DNA of 64,000 bases from contig OX597819.1 in NCBI GenBank assembly GCA_951406725.2, positions 120,962,001 through 121,026,000 of the forward strand. The letters are read 5' to 3'. The notes beneath the pieces were generated by a model that saw nothing but the letters and a program-made list of their open reading frames with translations, searched no databases and had not been told where the DNA came from. Below are positions 1 through 13,667 of the stretch, piece after piece. How positions within the stretch are numbered: the stretch's first letter is position 1; each line of letters opens with the position of its first letter. The translations under genes were made by a program, and so were the position numbers. The stretch is from Octopus vulgaris (lineage: Eukaryota).

Positions 1-669
1 CTCCGAAAAAATGTAACTTAAAAAATAAAAATACTCTCTGCGCCATTTATTGATTATGTCTTCTGTGATAGAATCGCCGCCTCTAAATCTATATGATTTC
101 AGCAGGATTTCTTCTCGGAGAAAAATATCATCTCTCTGCGGAAATCTTTATTTCACAGAAACACACTACCTCAATTACTTGGGGAAAAGCCGAAACCTCT
201 GCTCCTATAGGACTAAAAGGCAGGCCCCAGTGCATTTGCTGATGTGTGTTGAGGCTTGCCAACGGAAAATTTATTTAATATAAGCACGCGAGGCTTAACA
301 AAGAAGTGCTCATTTATTTTTAATATTTTATTCCATACCAGAATGATATATTCTACGTTTGTTGTCTCTGAGATACACTTGTCTTTATTCTGTTTATATG
401 TAACAATACAGAATGCGGAGCTCGAAGTCAAATCAGTAGTCAACAAGATACAGTGGTTCGGCTTCAGTTCGCCTCTCAGTAGCAGATACCACGTCGGCTA
501 TTTGTGGCCAAGGGGGAATGTCTGCTCTTAATTCTACATGAAACATGATACAATGCATTGTGAGATGTGCTTTGAAGCGTGGTATGTAAGTATTAATTAA
601 GTTTGGTGTGTATGTGTGTATATGTGTATGTATAAATACATGTTTATACGTATATATATATTCTTTTAT

Positions 670-830
670 TCTTTTCTTTGTTTCAGTAATTTACTGCGGC
701 CATGCTGGAGCACCGCCTTCAATCGAACAAATCGGCCCCAGGATTTATTTTTGTAAGCCTAGTACTTATTCTGTCGGTCTCTTTTTCCAGACCGCTAGAT
801 TACGGGGACGTAAACACACTAACATCGGTT
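670..830 (-). mobile_element. tRNA-derived SINE family A, 3' half
   Basis: Reverse complement of the tail ...gtttacgtccccgtaacttagcgg...ggcggtgctccagcatggccgcagtcaaatgactgaaaca seen in full copies at 14078, 29811 and 39125. Confidence 0.85.
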
Positions 831-834
831 GTAT

Positions 835-882
835 GTACATATATATACATATCTATGTTCATATATATAAACACATACGTAC

Positions 883-977
<95 letters not shown>
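835..977. repeat. (TA)n microsatellite
   Basis: Direct reading; one of dozens of such tracts. Confidence 0.95.
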
Positions 978-979
<2 letters not shown>

Positions 980-1299
980 GAAATAGAAAATGCTGACAAA
1001 ATAATTTAATAAGGGAGAGTGTATTTAATTAGGTGAAAGTTCTTTTTACCGGTTGCGCATTTATTATGCTTATCAAAAGATATTTTGAGTGAGATATAGT
1101 TCCTTTTGATTGATTTTTTTCTCTTATCTGGTAAGAGAAAAAATCTGTAAGAGAAAAAATCAATCAGAAAGGAACTCTATCTCACTCAAAATATCTTTTG
1201 ATAAGCATAACAAATACACAACCGGTAAAAAGAACTTTCACCTAATTAAATACACTCTCCCTTACTTAAATTATTTTGTCAGCATTTTCTTCATTTCCT
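978..1299. repeat. Fold-back inverted repeat (~140-bp arms), probably derived from a Penelope-like element
   Basis: agaaaatgctgacaaaataattt...gattgattttttt is mirrored by aaaaaatcaatc...aaattattttgtcagcattttct; each arm carries a hammerhead-like motif. Confidence 0.85.
1042..1080 (-). ncRNA. Minimal hammerhead-like motif, U3-A8 core, degenerate (GCAA for GAAA)
   Basis: Minus strand tctt-TTGATAA-gcat aataa atgc-GCAA-ccgg-TA-aaaag; a more degenerate mirror copy lies at 1194-1232 (+). Confidence 0.5.
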
Positions 1300-1348
1300 T
1301 TTTTTTTTTATATATTACAACTCGTGTTCCACATCTCCTTTTTTAAAC

Positions 1349-1379
<31 letters not shown>

Positions 1380-1384
1380 TATCA

Positions 1385-1530
1385 TAGGTAAAAATGCTAA
1401 AAAATTCTTATAAAAAACATTTCAGTACCGGTTTCGGTCATTCATTGAGACTTTTTCAACTGTTGAAAAGTGTCAAAATCTGAAACCGGTACTGAAATGA
1501 TTATTATAAAATTATTTCAGCATTTTCTAC
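1385..1530. repeat. Palindrome centred at 1461, formed by two inverted copies of the hammerhead family seen at 18031
   Basis: ttcagtaccggtttc (1421-1435) vs gaaaccggtactgaa (1482-1496); ttttcaac-t-gttgaaaa at the centre; outer arms match 18065-18110. Confidence 0.8.
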
Positions 1531-1545
1531 ATTGACATTTTTTTC

Positions 1546-1728
1546 CATAGATCGCTAGCCACTACACATTCTTTATTTTCTCTCCTTGTCTCCTACTGTG
1601 TTCCTTACTGTGGAAGAGCGTATGCTCGAAACGTTAAAGACGTTTTCACTTCCCGAGCGTTATACTAATACATCTCTTTGTTGTCTATACCACCTGTCTT
1701 CGTCTTTTGTTTTTTTGCAAATTCTCCC
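1546..1728 (+). mobile_element. Short hammerhead-bearing repeat family H1 (Penelope-like terminal repeat derivative)
   Basis: CTGTGGA-a-gagc gtat gctc-GAAA-cgt-t-aaag at 1608-1639; homologous to copies at 14867, 15183, 17585, 30400, 40773, 45327 and 45602. Confidence 0.75.
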
Positions 1729-2068
1729 TCTCTCGCTCTCTCCCTTTCTGTATATATATATATATGTGTGTCTGTATGTATATATATAGTACACACACAC
1801 ACATATAAATGAGCTTTCTAAAAGTTTAATGGGGATGTCCCGTCAAACACAGAATCTGAGAGAATACACACTAGACTTTAAAAGTTTGTAGGTACGTGCC
1901 ACTTCGTTATACAAATAAAATATACTATGACGTCTGCTAAATGTTTTATAAATTAGTACCATTTCTCACCGCGTCAGCGTGCTTGTTACAATATTTTGTT
2001 ATGGTTATTTCTACAGACACTCTTTAGAACCTAATGATAGCACTAATTTTTGCTACAACGTTTCGTAT

Positions 2069-2220
2069 CGAGACGTCAGATGTAAGAAAGCAAATGAGAT
2101 CTGAGATCAAAATGGATTACACGGATCCTGGTGAAGGGCAATGACTCCCAAAATATGGCATATACGCTCATAACCCACTTTTGTCACCGATCTCATTGTT
2201 TGTTTACGTCTGATGTCTCG
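2069..2220. repeat. Imperfect inverted repeat (~50-bp arms) with a degenerate hammerhead-like loop
   Basis: cgagacgtcagatgtaag...aatgagatc pairs with gatctcattg...ttacgtctgatgtctcg; the loop reads ctggtga-aggg caatgact ccc-aaaa. Confidence 0.65.
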
Positions 2221-2322
2221 GCTAGTTTATATAGAGTATCTGTAGAAGCAACTTTAAAAACAATACCACACGAAACCGACTTCAGCTTTATATTCCGCAA
2301 TATAATAGGGCTTGTCAATAAC

Positions 2323-3343
2323 ACAGCGAGCTGGTAGAAACATCAGCACGCCAGGCGAAACACTTTGTGATATTTCGTCTGTGTTTATGTTCTGAGTTCA
2401 AATTCCGCCGAGGTCGACTTTGCCTTTCATCTTTTCGGGGTTGATGATTTAAGCAACAGTTGCGTACTGGGGTCGATCTAGTGGACTGGTTCCCTACCCC
2501 AAAATTTTGGGTCTTGTGCCTAGAGTAGAAATGAATATTAAAGGCGGCGAGCTAGCAGAAACGTTAGCACGCCGGGCGAAATACTTAGCGCTATTTCATC
2601 TGCCGCTACGTTCTGAGTTCAAATTCCGCCGAGGTCGACTTTGCCTTTCATCCTTTCGGGGTCGTTACATTAAGTACCAGTTACGCACTGGCCTCGATGT
2701 AATCGACTTAATCTGTTTGTTTGTCCTCCTGTGTTTAGCCCCTTGTGGCTAGTAAATAAATAGGTATTTCGTCTGTCTTTACGTTCTGAATTCAAATCCG
2801 CGGTCGACTTTACCTTTCATCATTTCGGGGTCGATAAATTAAGTAATTGTTGCGTACAGGGGTCGATCTAATCGACTGGCTCCCGCCCCCACTAAAAATA
2901 TTTCGGTACTTGCACCTAGAGTAGAAAATATTCAACAAAAACGCGGCGAGCTGGCAGAAACGGTAGCACGCGGGGTGAAATGCTTAGCGGTATTTCGTCT
3001 GCCGTTACGTTCTGAGTTCAAATTCCGCCGAGGTCGACTTTGCCTTTCATCCTTTCGGGGTCGATAAAAATAAGTACCAGTTACGCACTGGGGTCGATAT
3101 AATCGACTTAATACCTATGTCTGTCCTTGTTTGTCCCCTCTATGTTTAGCCCCTTGTGGGTAATAAAGAAATAGGTATTTCGTCTGGCATTATGCTCTGA
3201 ATTGAAATTCTGCCGAGGTCGACTTTGCCTTTCATCCTTTTGGGTCACTAACTGAAGTACCAGTTGCATACAAGGGCCGATCTAATCGACTGGCTCCATC
3301 CCCCAAAATTTTGGACCTTGTGCATAGAGTAGAAAAGCATATT
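2323..3343 (+). mobile_element. Head-to-tail chain of three SINE family B copies, two of them internally dimeric
   Basis: Heads (g)gcgagct(g/a)g(c/t)agaaac at ~2323, 2541 and 2942; the B-box unit gagttcaaattccgccgaggtcgactttgcc recurs five times. Confidence 0.9.
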
Positions 3344-4366
3344 AATGAATTCCATTTAAATTTTGGATGACTGATGCAGATTTTGACAAGTAAAAAATCT
3401 ACGCGTTTCACAAAGAACGTGAGGTCAGTCATATAATCTTAATATCATTAAAGATTTTTAGGGTGGTATTTTGTTATTCAAACACAATATAATATCTTAG
3501 TATCGTATAATTAATTTAAAAAGAAACATTTTGACCCATATATCTTAAAATGAAACCCATCATCACGGAACACATTTCGTTTTCTGCAAACATGTTGCCT
3601 TCGTGAAAGCGTATTTCGGAGAATAATCGGGCAGTAAAGTAATCCAGAGTCTGAATTTGTTAAGGTAACTTACATAATAAAGGCAAAAAAATCACGTGAT
3701 GTCAAACTTCATTTATGTGAATATACATGCGCGTATGTCTACATATGTGGGACTGCGTGTCTACATATGAATAATGCAAAACATCTAAATATCACAGAAA
3801 GAGCATAATCTACGAATACAGATATTAAAATAATATAATGTGGATTCATTTACATATATTCTCGGAGATGTAGCGAGTATGCATATATTACAAACCTTTG
3901 TAACTTTCTGGTCGTTTGCCTGCATTTCGTTTCTTTTAACAAAGTACAGAATAACATCGTTCTACCATAAATTTGATATATATATATATATGTTTACATA
4001 TAAGATTTTATATACAAAATATGAGTGTATATATATGCATGTTTATATGTTCGTATGTATATGTATATATATGTATGTATATGTATATATGTATGTGTTA
4101 TATATTATATGTATGTATATACTATGTATAACGTGTGTGTGTGTTTTCTCTTATATCATATATCAAATATCTTTATGCGTCCCACGAAGACCCATCTATA
4201 TGCGCATTCCGATTATTTGACATATGAATGCAAATGTGTTCAAACATAAATCTATCCATTTTTATTAGAGTTATATTTATTTATCTGGTTATTTTGTAAT
4301 GAACCCCATGCAGTACTGACAGAGAAACACAGATAGGCGTGTATATATATATACATGTGTATATAC

Positions 4367-4413
<47 letters not shown>

Positions 4414-4505
4414 CATATATGCATATATATATATGTATATGTATATATATGCATCTATATATATATACATACGTGTATATACATATATCTATATATTCAT
4501 ATATA

Positions 4506-4553
<48 letters not shown>

Positions 4554-4719
4554 TATATATGTGCATATATATATATATATACATATATATCTGCATATAT
4601 ATGCATATATATATATTTATGTACACACACATATATATATACATATATATGTATGTATGTATATATATATATGCGCATATGTGCGTATTTATATATGTAT
4701 ACATATGTGTGTGTGTATG

Positions 4720-5094
4720 TGGCGAGAGAGTGAATGTGGGAGAGTGATAGGGGATGACAAAGAGATTGAGAGATTGAGAAAGGGGGAGACGATTAGTAAG
4801 ACAGAATTTGTGACATTGAGAAATGGAGCGAGAAAGAGCATGAGATGTATAAAGAGATGGAGAAAATGAAACCTTGTGAGAGACAGTGAGAGAGTGTATG
4901 TAAGTGTCCGAAGGAAAGAGAGAAAGAGAGAGAGAGAGACGGAGGGAGAGAGAGAGAGAAAGAAAGATTTGGTAAGGTAGAGCAAACACAGAAAGGTGAT
5001 ATTAGACTGAGAGGGATTTTAAACTTTGAGATAAGTAATTTGTTAAGGCTAGAGAGAGAGAGAGGTGTTAGACTGTGGAATAAGAAAGTTTAAT

Positions 5095-5132
<38 letters not shown>

Positions 5133-5400
5133 GGACAAAGAAAGAGAGAGAGACTGGAAGTGTTAGACCGTGAGAAGGACGATGAGATACACAAAGATAA
5201 ACAAGGATAAAGCGAGCGACAGAGACAGAGATAGATATATATATATATAGAGAGAGAGAGGGGGAGAGGAAGAGAGGGAGAGAGAGAAGGAGAGAGAGAA
5301 GGAGAGAGAAAAGGTTGAATAGGTAGAAAGAAAATCACACTGAATAAGAAAGAAAGAAAGATAAAGAGAGAGAGCGAACGAATGAAGGGTAAGATAAAAC
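4720..5400. repeat. (GA)n / purine-rich low-complexity tract
   Basis: Direct reading. Confidence 0.9.
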
Positions 5401-5508
5401 GATGAAAATAAAATATAAAAGTTTAAACATCATATATCTATGTATAAATATATATCGCATTTTGTTTCTCTCATCTTATCCGGCTCTGTTCTCTACCCCT
5501 GCCTCTCA

Positions 5509-5550
<42 letters not shown>

Positions 5551-5648
5551 TGCTTTTATATATATATATGAATACAAATGTGTACATATATATATATATA
5601 TGTATATATATACATATATATATGTATATATCTATATCTATCTATTTA

Positions 5649-5725
<77 letters not shown>

Positions 5726-6261
5726 GTGTGCGTGCATATGTATACGTGGGAGAGAGAAAAACATAAAATAGGGAACATGACACATCTCACTTTTGATGAT
5801 GAGAATTTTCAAAAAATTCCTGTTAATAAAAACGGTAAAAATCAGGTAATTTTGAGAATATTCCAGAAACACAAAGAACAAGAAAAAAACAAAAAAAAAC
5901 TAAAAGAAACGAAAAAAGAGCTTTCCACTTCTTCATTGTGTCTCTCCCTCTACTTCTCCTCCTATAATTTTCCTTTGTGGCAATTTTTGACAATTTTACG
6001 TTTTTACTTCTCCATCTCACTTTATGCATATCTAGCTCTGGTTTCTCAAATTTATTTGTTTGGGATCTCCGTCCTACATCCGTATATCTTCATATGCATA
6101 TGAATAAGTTGAGCATATATATAACTATATAAACTAACTGATGGACAGATATTGATGGACCATATGCATGTATCTTTATATGCATACAGACACATATATA
6201 AATACATAAGCATTATCCATTCTGCAACATTATATTACAAACACACACACACACACAAATG

Positions 6262-6292
<31 letters not shown>

Positions 6293-6559
6293 CTACATAT
6301 ATATACATATATATATACATGCATATATAGACACACACATGTATATACATAAGCGCACTCGCTCACATATATGTATCATAAAACTTGTATTTTACATATA
6401 AGTGTAATTGTATAATTATACGCATATATTCACATATACAGAAGCAAGTATGTATATTTATGGAAACACATACGCATATATACTTAAGCGCACACACACA
6501 CACATATAAATATATATATAAATTTATTATATATATTATATATATATATGTATGTATGT

Positions 6560-6633
<74 letters not shown>

Positions 6634-6895
6634 TGTATATCGGGAGAAAGAGACAGACAGAGAAAGTGATATAGAGATTGTCCTAAAGTATCACTCCATT
6701 CGCTTCCATTTCTCTGTATCTCCGGAAATCTTAATAGAAATGGTAATGTTTATATATACTTAAAACGAATGACCTCCTGAAATATGCATAATTTATGCAA
6801 CAAGAGAAACAAATAAGCAAAACGCAAAGACACAAAGCAAAAAATAATAAAAAAACAACACACCGGTACGCACAGAGACACATAAACACACATTC

Positions 6896-6932
<37 letters not shown>

Positions 6933-7253
6933 GATATATAAGTAGGTACATATATACATGCATATCCGGTGTTGAAGTCCTAATGATACCCAAATAATAG
7001 GGTTCTTGATATACAAAATATACATATATGTAAATATAGGAATATGTGGGTCTCTAAATATTTATATATACGAATGTGTAGCTATTTATAGATATAAATT
7101 GTTTGCGCTTGTGAAGATATATGTATATATACATACATACATACATACATATATATATATGTAAACAGAAAGATACATATACAAATATGTATATACATAA
7201 TTTTGTATTTTTATAGGTATGTATGTATGTATGTATGTGTATATATACACACA

Positions 7254-7317
<64 letters not shown>

Positions 7318-7360
7318 AGGATCGAATGTAATACAACTACGAACATGTAAATATTTATAT

Positions 7361-7426
<66 letters not shown>

Positions 7427-7510
7427 TATGCATGTTTGTACGCTCATAATTATCTATCTATCGATATCTATAAATATATATGTGCATACATATATGTGTA
7501 TGTATCTATG

Positions 7511-7566
<56 letters not shown>

Positions 7567-7844
7567 TGAGTATAAATAAATGTAGAGATTGCTGTTATAC
7601 GAATAGTTGTACAAATAATTGAAGTGGAAATTGCAGCTTCTTGTTAGCCATTTTCACTCGCAACATCGGTGATATACCAGAGGCTACATGGAATGGCGAT
7701 TGTACATGATGTCACGCAGGAGATTGAACTCAGGTTCTCGTAGTAACGAGTGCAAGTGCTGAACCGTTCGGCCATAGTATGCGTAAGCTTCATAATAATG
7801 ATGTAGATAAAAAATTCAGCAGCAAACAGCAGCAACAACATACT

Positions 7845-7988
<144 letters not shown>

Positions 7989-8764
7989 CTTAATGAGCTC
8001 TTTTATTCGCTCCGTTGTTTCACTTTACATTTCAAACGTAGAAGACTATCTTAATTTAAGTTATTTGTATCGTTTATCATGAAGCTGAGCGCTGAAATCT
8101 TCATTTATATATATATTATGGGTTGTGTGCTTGTGTGAGTGTGTGTCTGTAAAGATTTACTGATTATGTAATTTACATTAGGCATCTAATTATCACACGT
8201 ACATAAAGTATTGTTACTCATACATATATATTTATACATAAGGAAGGTTTATCTGCTTCTTAGATTGAAAATAATGAACAACCTTAATCGGTATTCGAGC
8301 CTTATCGTGTTCTCATCAGAACCAATATCCAGATAGATAAGCAGCCAATCTCTTTATACATTTAACAAAAACTGTAGCTATATAGAAGTTGAGTTATTTA
8401 TTTGCGTACCGTTTTAAACACCTTATTTAATGTCAGGATACTATCAACGGAGATCCGCTTCCGCACCGTTACAACGTATCGTATATGTAACCCATGTAGT
8501 GGATACAGAAACAGGACAAGTTCTAGCACAGGACAAGTTCTTGTAAATCATCATTGTTCGACCGGTGTCGAGACAATGGAATTTACTATGTTACGCCAGA
8601 CTTCACGGCCCATCATAGCATTACGGAGGTCCTGCTGCTGGATGCCTATATCCCTGGAGATTACATCAGGGTAGGGGAGTGTGCGCCCTCTGGTATCGCG
8701 AGCAGATGGCTTCCAGTGGAGAAGAGTAGAAATTACCTCTTTTTCAGCTCTACAACAATGTCCT

Positions 8765-9120
8765 TAAATATGGTTTCTGATTACAAATATCTTGGGTCAT
8801 ACATATCATCATCTGAAAAAGATTTTCTATCTAGAAAGTGTATTGCCTGGTCAGCCTGTAATGATATGCATAAGATCTGGACATCAAATCTTCGTAGAGA
8901 TTTCAAACTCAAAATCTTCAAAGCCACAGTCGAAACAATTCTATAATATGGCTCAGAAAGCTGGACGTTATCAAAGAAGCTTGAGAGGCGCTTGGATGGA
9001 ACTTCACCCGCCTCCTTATGATAGCTCAAAATCTCTCGTGGAAGCGTCATCCAACCAAAGTACAAATATATGGGAAACTACCACCTGTATCATCTCTTTT
9101 GAAAGGTAGAAGAGTCTAGT
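8765..9120 (+). pseudogene. RTE-clade LINE reverse-transcriptase C-terminal fragment (stops, frameshift)
   Basis: DYKYLGSYISSSEKDFLSRKCIAWSACNDMHKIW...IFKATVETIL*YGSESWTL matches the YLGS...LLYGSETWTL signature of RTE-type RTs. Confidence 0.85.
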
Positions 9121-9369
9121 TCTTGTAAAAACAAATGGAGAAAAGAGACAACTTTATTTTAAAAATCACCTTACATTTATTGATGATGGAACTTCCAGCT
9201 TGAAAACTGCGATTAAAGTTTCCTATCTTCGGACAAAATGTTAGGAAAATTGATAAATTTGAACAAGAGAACAATAAATGCAAGTGGAAGACGAAACTAA
9301 AATAAAATGAAATGAAAGATTGATGAGATATCGTTAATCATAAATGTTCCTTAAATGTATATCTTGGCG

Positions 9370-9610
9370 CGAGAGGCAGTATTAATACGGAGGGATAGCA
9401 TTTGTTCCCACTTGAGCGTGGATTTTCTGTTAGAGATATAAGAGAAACTCTCATACAGGCTTTTGGTGCAAAATGCACGCTTGTGTTAGAAACAATCTGA
9501 CGATATAAACCAGAGTGCCTTTTGCACCGAAAGCCTGAATGAGGGTTTCATTTGTGGTATCTTTCGTAGTAAAGTTAGTTCAAGCAGAACCTCCACGTTC
9601 GGGTGTGATT
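9370..9610. mobile_element. Degenerate inverted-repeat (MITE-like) element, same family as 54795-55320
   Basis: caggcttttggtgcaaaatgcac / gtgccttttgcaccgaaagcctg; shares aggcttttggtgca and ctccacgttcgg with 54878-54950. Confidence 0.55.
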
Positions 9611-10029
9611 AAATATTACTTCTAAGTTCTACAAATCGTAAAAAAGTTAAAAGTCATTTACATTCACGTATTACAAGAGTAAATTATTAGATGTTTAGCC
9701 TAGAACCGTAGAAGATTTTCGGTAAAGAAAATAAGAGGGAAATGTCTGAGAAATAAAAAGGGAAAATAATGCCGCTACCATTCGCTCCCTCATACTTTTA
9801 TTATAATATACTTCTTATATTTTTGTATTATTGTTTTGCAAAGCGAGCATTGCAAAACAAAATTACAAAAATATATGAAGGAAAGTGGGTGGAATAGGAC
9901 ATGGCAATACAAATAGAATGAAAAGCTACAGAAGAACCATGTCGAAAATTATATGCAATATCGTCATAAGGAACACACACACGGAAATAAGAGAGAGTGT
10001 AAGAGATAGAGAGAGTGAGAGAGAGAAGT

Positions 10030-10252
10030 TCATTGAGTGTGTGGATGCAGGTGTCTTCAAAACAAAACTGGATCTCTTCTCATTAAGGATTCCTGATGAG
10101 CCTACCTCATGGCAGGAAACACAGATGAGAGCTACAGCATCCAACTCCCTCATTCACCAAATGCTGTATATCAAAGGATGTTTCAAATAACGAAAATGTA
10201 GCAAAGCCAATGGTGCTGCCCCAGCATGGCCGCAAGCTGAAATTAGTCAAAG
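10030..10252 (+). mobile_element. L2/CR1-group LINE 3' terminal fragment
   Basis: Peptide VFKTKLDLFSLRIPDEP...ASNSLIHQ resembles the FK..LD..L..IPD.P end of L2/CR1-group ORF2; 3' UTR ggtgctgccccagcatggccgca. Confidence 0.65.
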
Positions 10253-10359
10253 AGTTATATATAGAGAGAGAGATATACAAGCATGCATACACGTCTATTG
10301 ACCAGTTATATATAACCTGACCATTGCTGACATTCACTTGTTTCTAGAACTCTTTAGAC

Positions 10360-10650
10360 CAGTGGTTCTCAACCAGGGACCATAGAAGACTTTTAGGGGT
10401 CCACATAACAAAATAATTAACTGGAGATCCACAATAGTATTTTAAGGGCCCCTTGGAAAGTTTTGCTTTAGATGTACGTATTGGTATGTCTTGCAAGAAA
10501 CAGCTGGGTTTCTTTCTCTAACATTTTATATTGTTCCACCTACACAAGGGAATGTGTGAAAAGCAAAATAGGAATTTTGAAAGAAGTTTGTACAGGATTA
10601 GTTTTTAAGTTCAGTGTATAAAAATTGAATCAATGGGAGATCCATGTTTA
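10360..10650 (+). mobile_element. hAT (Charlie-like) non-autonomous element, left end only
   Basis: Starts cagtggttctcaacc (typical hAT TIR) after the 8-mer ctttagac; right TIR not found. Confidence 0.5.
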
Positions 10651-11561
10651 AAATTTTGCGATGCATATTTTGATTTATAATAATGTTGCAACTATTTAGA
10701 CTTATACAAATAAGAAGATAGAAAATCCGTCTCTCAATTTTAAGCAATCATAATTTTAGCTTCATATTAAGAAACTTTTACAAGTAACGAGAGCGACTAA
10801 CGCTATTTCTGTAACCACCCTAACTATGAAGAGGCGAAAAGACAAGAATAGTGCTAGTTATTTAGAAGTGTTGTCGGAAGTTACTCTAAATTCCAAATAT
10901 ATCTGAAAAGTCCTGATGAAAATCTTTTGAGTTATCAGTGTGAGTTAGAAACTGTAATAATATAACTTTATTAATTAGCGGTATTCAAAGAGCTTTGAAG
11001 CCAGACAGTATTTTTCTATTTCTCGTATTTTTCTTTTACTCTCTTTTTCTTATCTCTTTTACTTTCTCTCAAACGCACTTCTGTATTTTAATATTTGTTT
11101 ATTAAACATGTCAATGGCTTGCTTTTTATGAATGTCTTAAATCTCATTCACTCGCTGTTAAGCTAAAGCACATTATATCTTTCATTACGTATCTCTTTTA
11201 TGCTATTTTCGTACTATCCAAACACATTTTCGACATTTTTATCTTTTGTTTCTGTTGCATATTTTGCATTAACGGTTTCCTGTTTGAATACTTCCACACA
11301 CGACCTACTCACAAACAGAACGCAAACGCACGCACAGGCATGTGTTTCTTGTTTGTATATTTTCCGCCATACTTTTTGCGCAAAGGCCATGCTGTCAAAC
11401 ATATTACTTTTTCAAGAAAGCTCAGTCTATCAGTGTGAAGTAGTGAGGTTCTGGTTGTAGTTCACTACTCTTTGAATCGAAATATACTTCCTTAGGTTAC
11501 CAGAATACCCCAACAAAGTTGAGAAAATCTCTCTATCTCTCTCTCTCTCCCTACCTGGCTG

Positions 11562-11774
<213 letters not shown>

Positions 11775-11815
11775 AACCTGTCATTTTATGCATATATATA
11801 TATGCATATCTATCT

Positions 11816-12045
11816 GGCGGCGAGCTGGTAGAAACGTTAGCACGCCGGGCGAAATGCGTAACCGTATTTCGTCTGCCGTTACGTTCTAGGTTCAAATTCC
11901 ACCGAGGTCGACTTTGCTTTTCATCCTTTCGGGGTCGATAAATTAAGTACCAGTTACGCACTGGGGTTGATGCAATCGACTTAATCCGTTTGTCTGTCCT
12001 TGTTTGTCCCCTCTGTGTTCAGCCCCTTGTGGGTAGTAAAAAATA
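11816..12045 (+). mobile_element. SINE family B monomer
   Basis: ggcggcgagctggtagaaacgttagcacgccgggcgaaat...ggttcaaattcc...agccccttgtgggtagtaaa. Confidence 0.9.
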
Positions 12046-12053
12046 TATCTTTG

Positions 12054-12094
<41 letters not shown>

Positions 12095-13597
12095 ATGTAT
12101 GTATGTATATATATATATATATATATATATCATTGTATGTATATATATATATATATAAACATGTATGTTTGAATGGATGTATGGACGGATGTATACGGAT
12201 GCATGTATATCTGATTGTATGCACGTAAATTTGCCCTATATACATTTAGAATGATATTAAAACTACGCAAAAATATTTAATCCTGATTTGAATATAAACA
12301 AAATATCAATAATGGAAAAGAAAAACAACAGTCAAAGTCAACAACAGCAACAAAAAACTATACTACCACCAAGACCCTTATTTCCCTTCGTGACGTCATT
12401 GCATTTTTCTAATGTATAGTGTAACGTTTCGTGCGTTCTATGATCTTATGTCTTATCACATATTCTGCCTGCTTGCATTTTATCGCGGATATTTGAATGC
12501 CATTTTATGTTCTTAATTGTTTATAATTTGTGAATCTATATATGTATATCGTTAGATATTGATATTAGAATAGATATATCTATGCATGTAAGTATGTTTG
12601 TATGCATATATACATGTATGTATGCATGTTTGTATTTATGTATGTATATATTTGTCAGCGGGTGTACGTACTTACATATTCATATATGTCTAGGTTTGTA
12701 TATATATATATGTTTTTGTGTATATACAGTTATCTATGTATTGAGATTTGTGAAAATTGTTACATATGTTTATATCCTTACAATTTTAAAATCAAGAGCA
12801 TTGTTTTTCATTTACAATACGTTTATCATTCTAAAATACCGTAAATACGTTTCTACCAGTCATGAGATGAGAGTGAAAAAAGAACAAAAAAAAAATTCAT
12901 ACACAATGTTGAAATCTATTTAATATTTGTCACAATTATTTTCCTCCCGTTGTTTAAATTTTTTAAAACTTTCCTTTCTTTTTATCGTTTTGTTTCCATA
13001 ATCATTCTTCCTCATACGTTAATTTGTGTTTTAAAAAATCTCATTATTTCATTTAAGTATACATTTTTTTTGTTCCTCTGCTTTTCAAACATTTTAATTT
13101 TGAAGATTGTGTGTGTGTGTTTGTTAGTTTTTTCGACGAGTATTTCTCAGTCTTCTATCACGATTATTTTTATCAGCTTCACTTTGTTAAGGTTTCCTCT
13201 TCCCGTTATTGGCTTAATTTTAGCTAATTTTTTTACTATTATTATTTTTCTTCGAAATATTAATATATTCCTTATCAGTATTCATGTTTCAATTGTATTT
13301 AACCTCATTTTCATTTGATGGGTAGTAGCACATTTTTATCGTTTATCCTTTATTTGTTTCAATCACTAGGCCAAGCTGGAGTAACGCTTTGAAGAGTTTT
13401 AGACGAACGAATCGACTCAGTACCTAATTTTTTACAGCGTGGCACTTATTCAATCGAATAGCTATGATACGGGGACGGAAACAAACCAACACTGTTTTTC
13501 AGGTAACAAACACAAAGACACACATACCTATATATATCTGTCTGTCTCTTGTCACCTCTCTCTCTCTATATATATATGTATATTATATATGTATATA

Positions 13598-13663
<66 letters not shown>

Positions 13664-13667
<4 letters not shown>

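Noticed and set aside
2323-3343. Regularly recurring conserved motif resembling a CRISPR array
   Set aside because: Units are ~170-220 bp SINE monomers with homologous, not unique, intervening sequence; eukaryotic context and no cas genes.
12391-12398. TGACGTCA CRE palindrome
   Set aside because: A single 8-mer is expected by chance in 64 kb; no promoter context.
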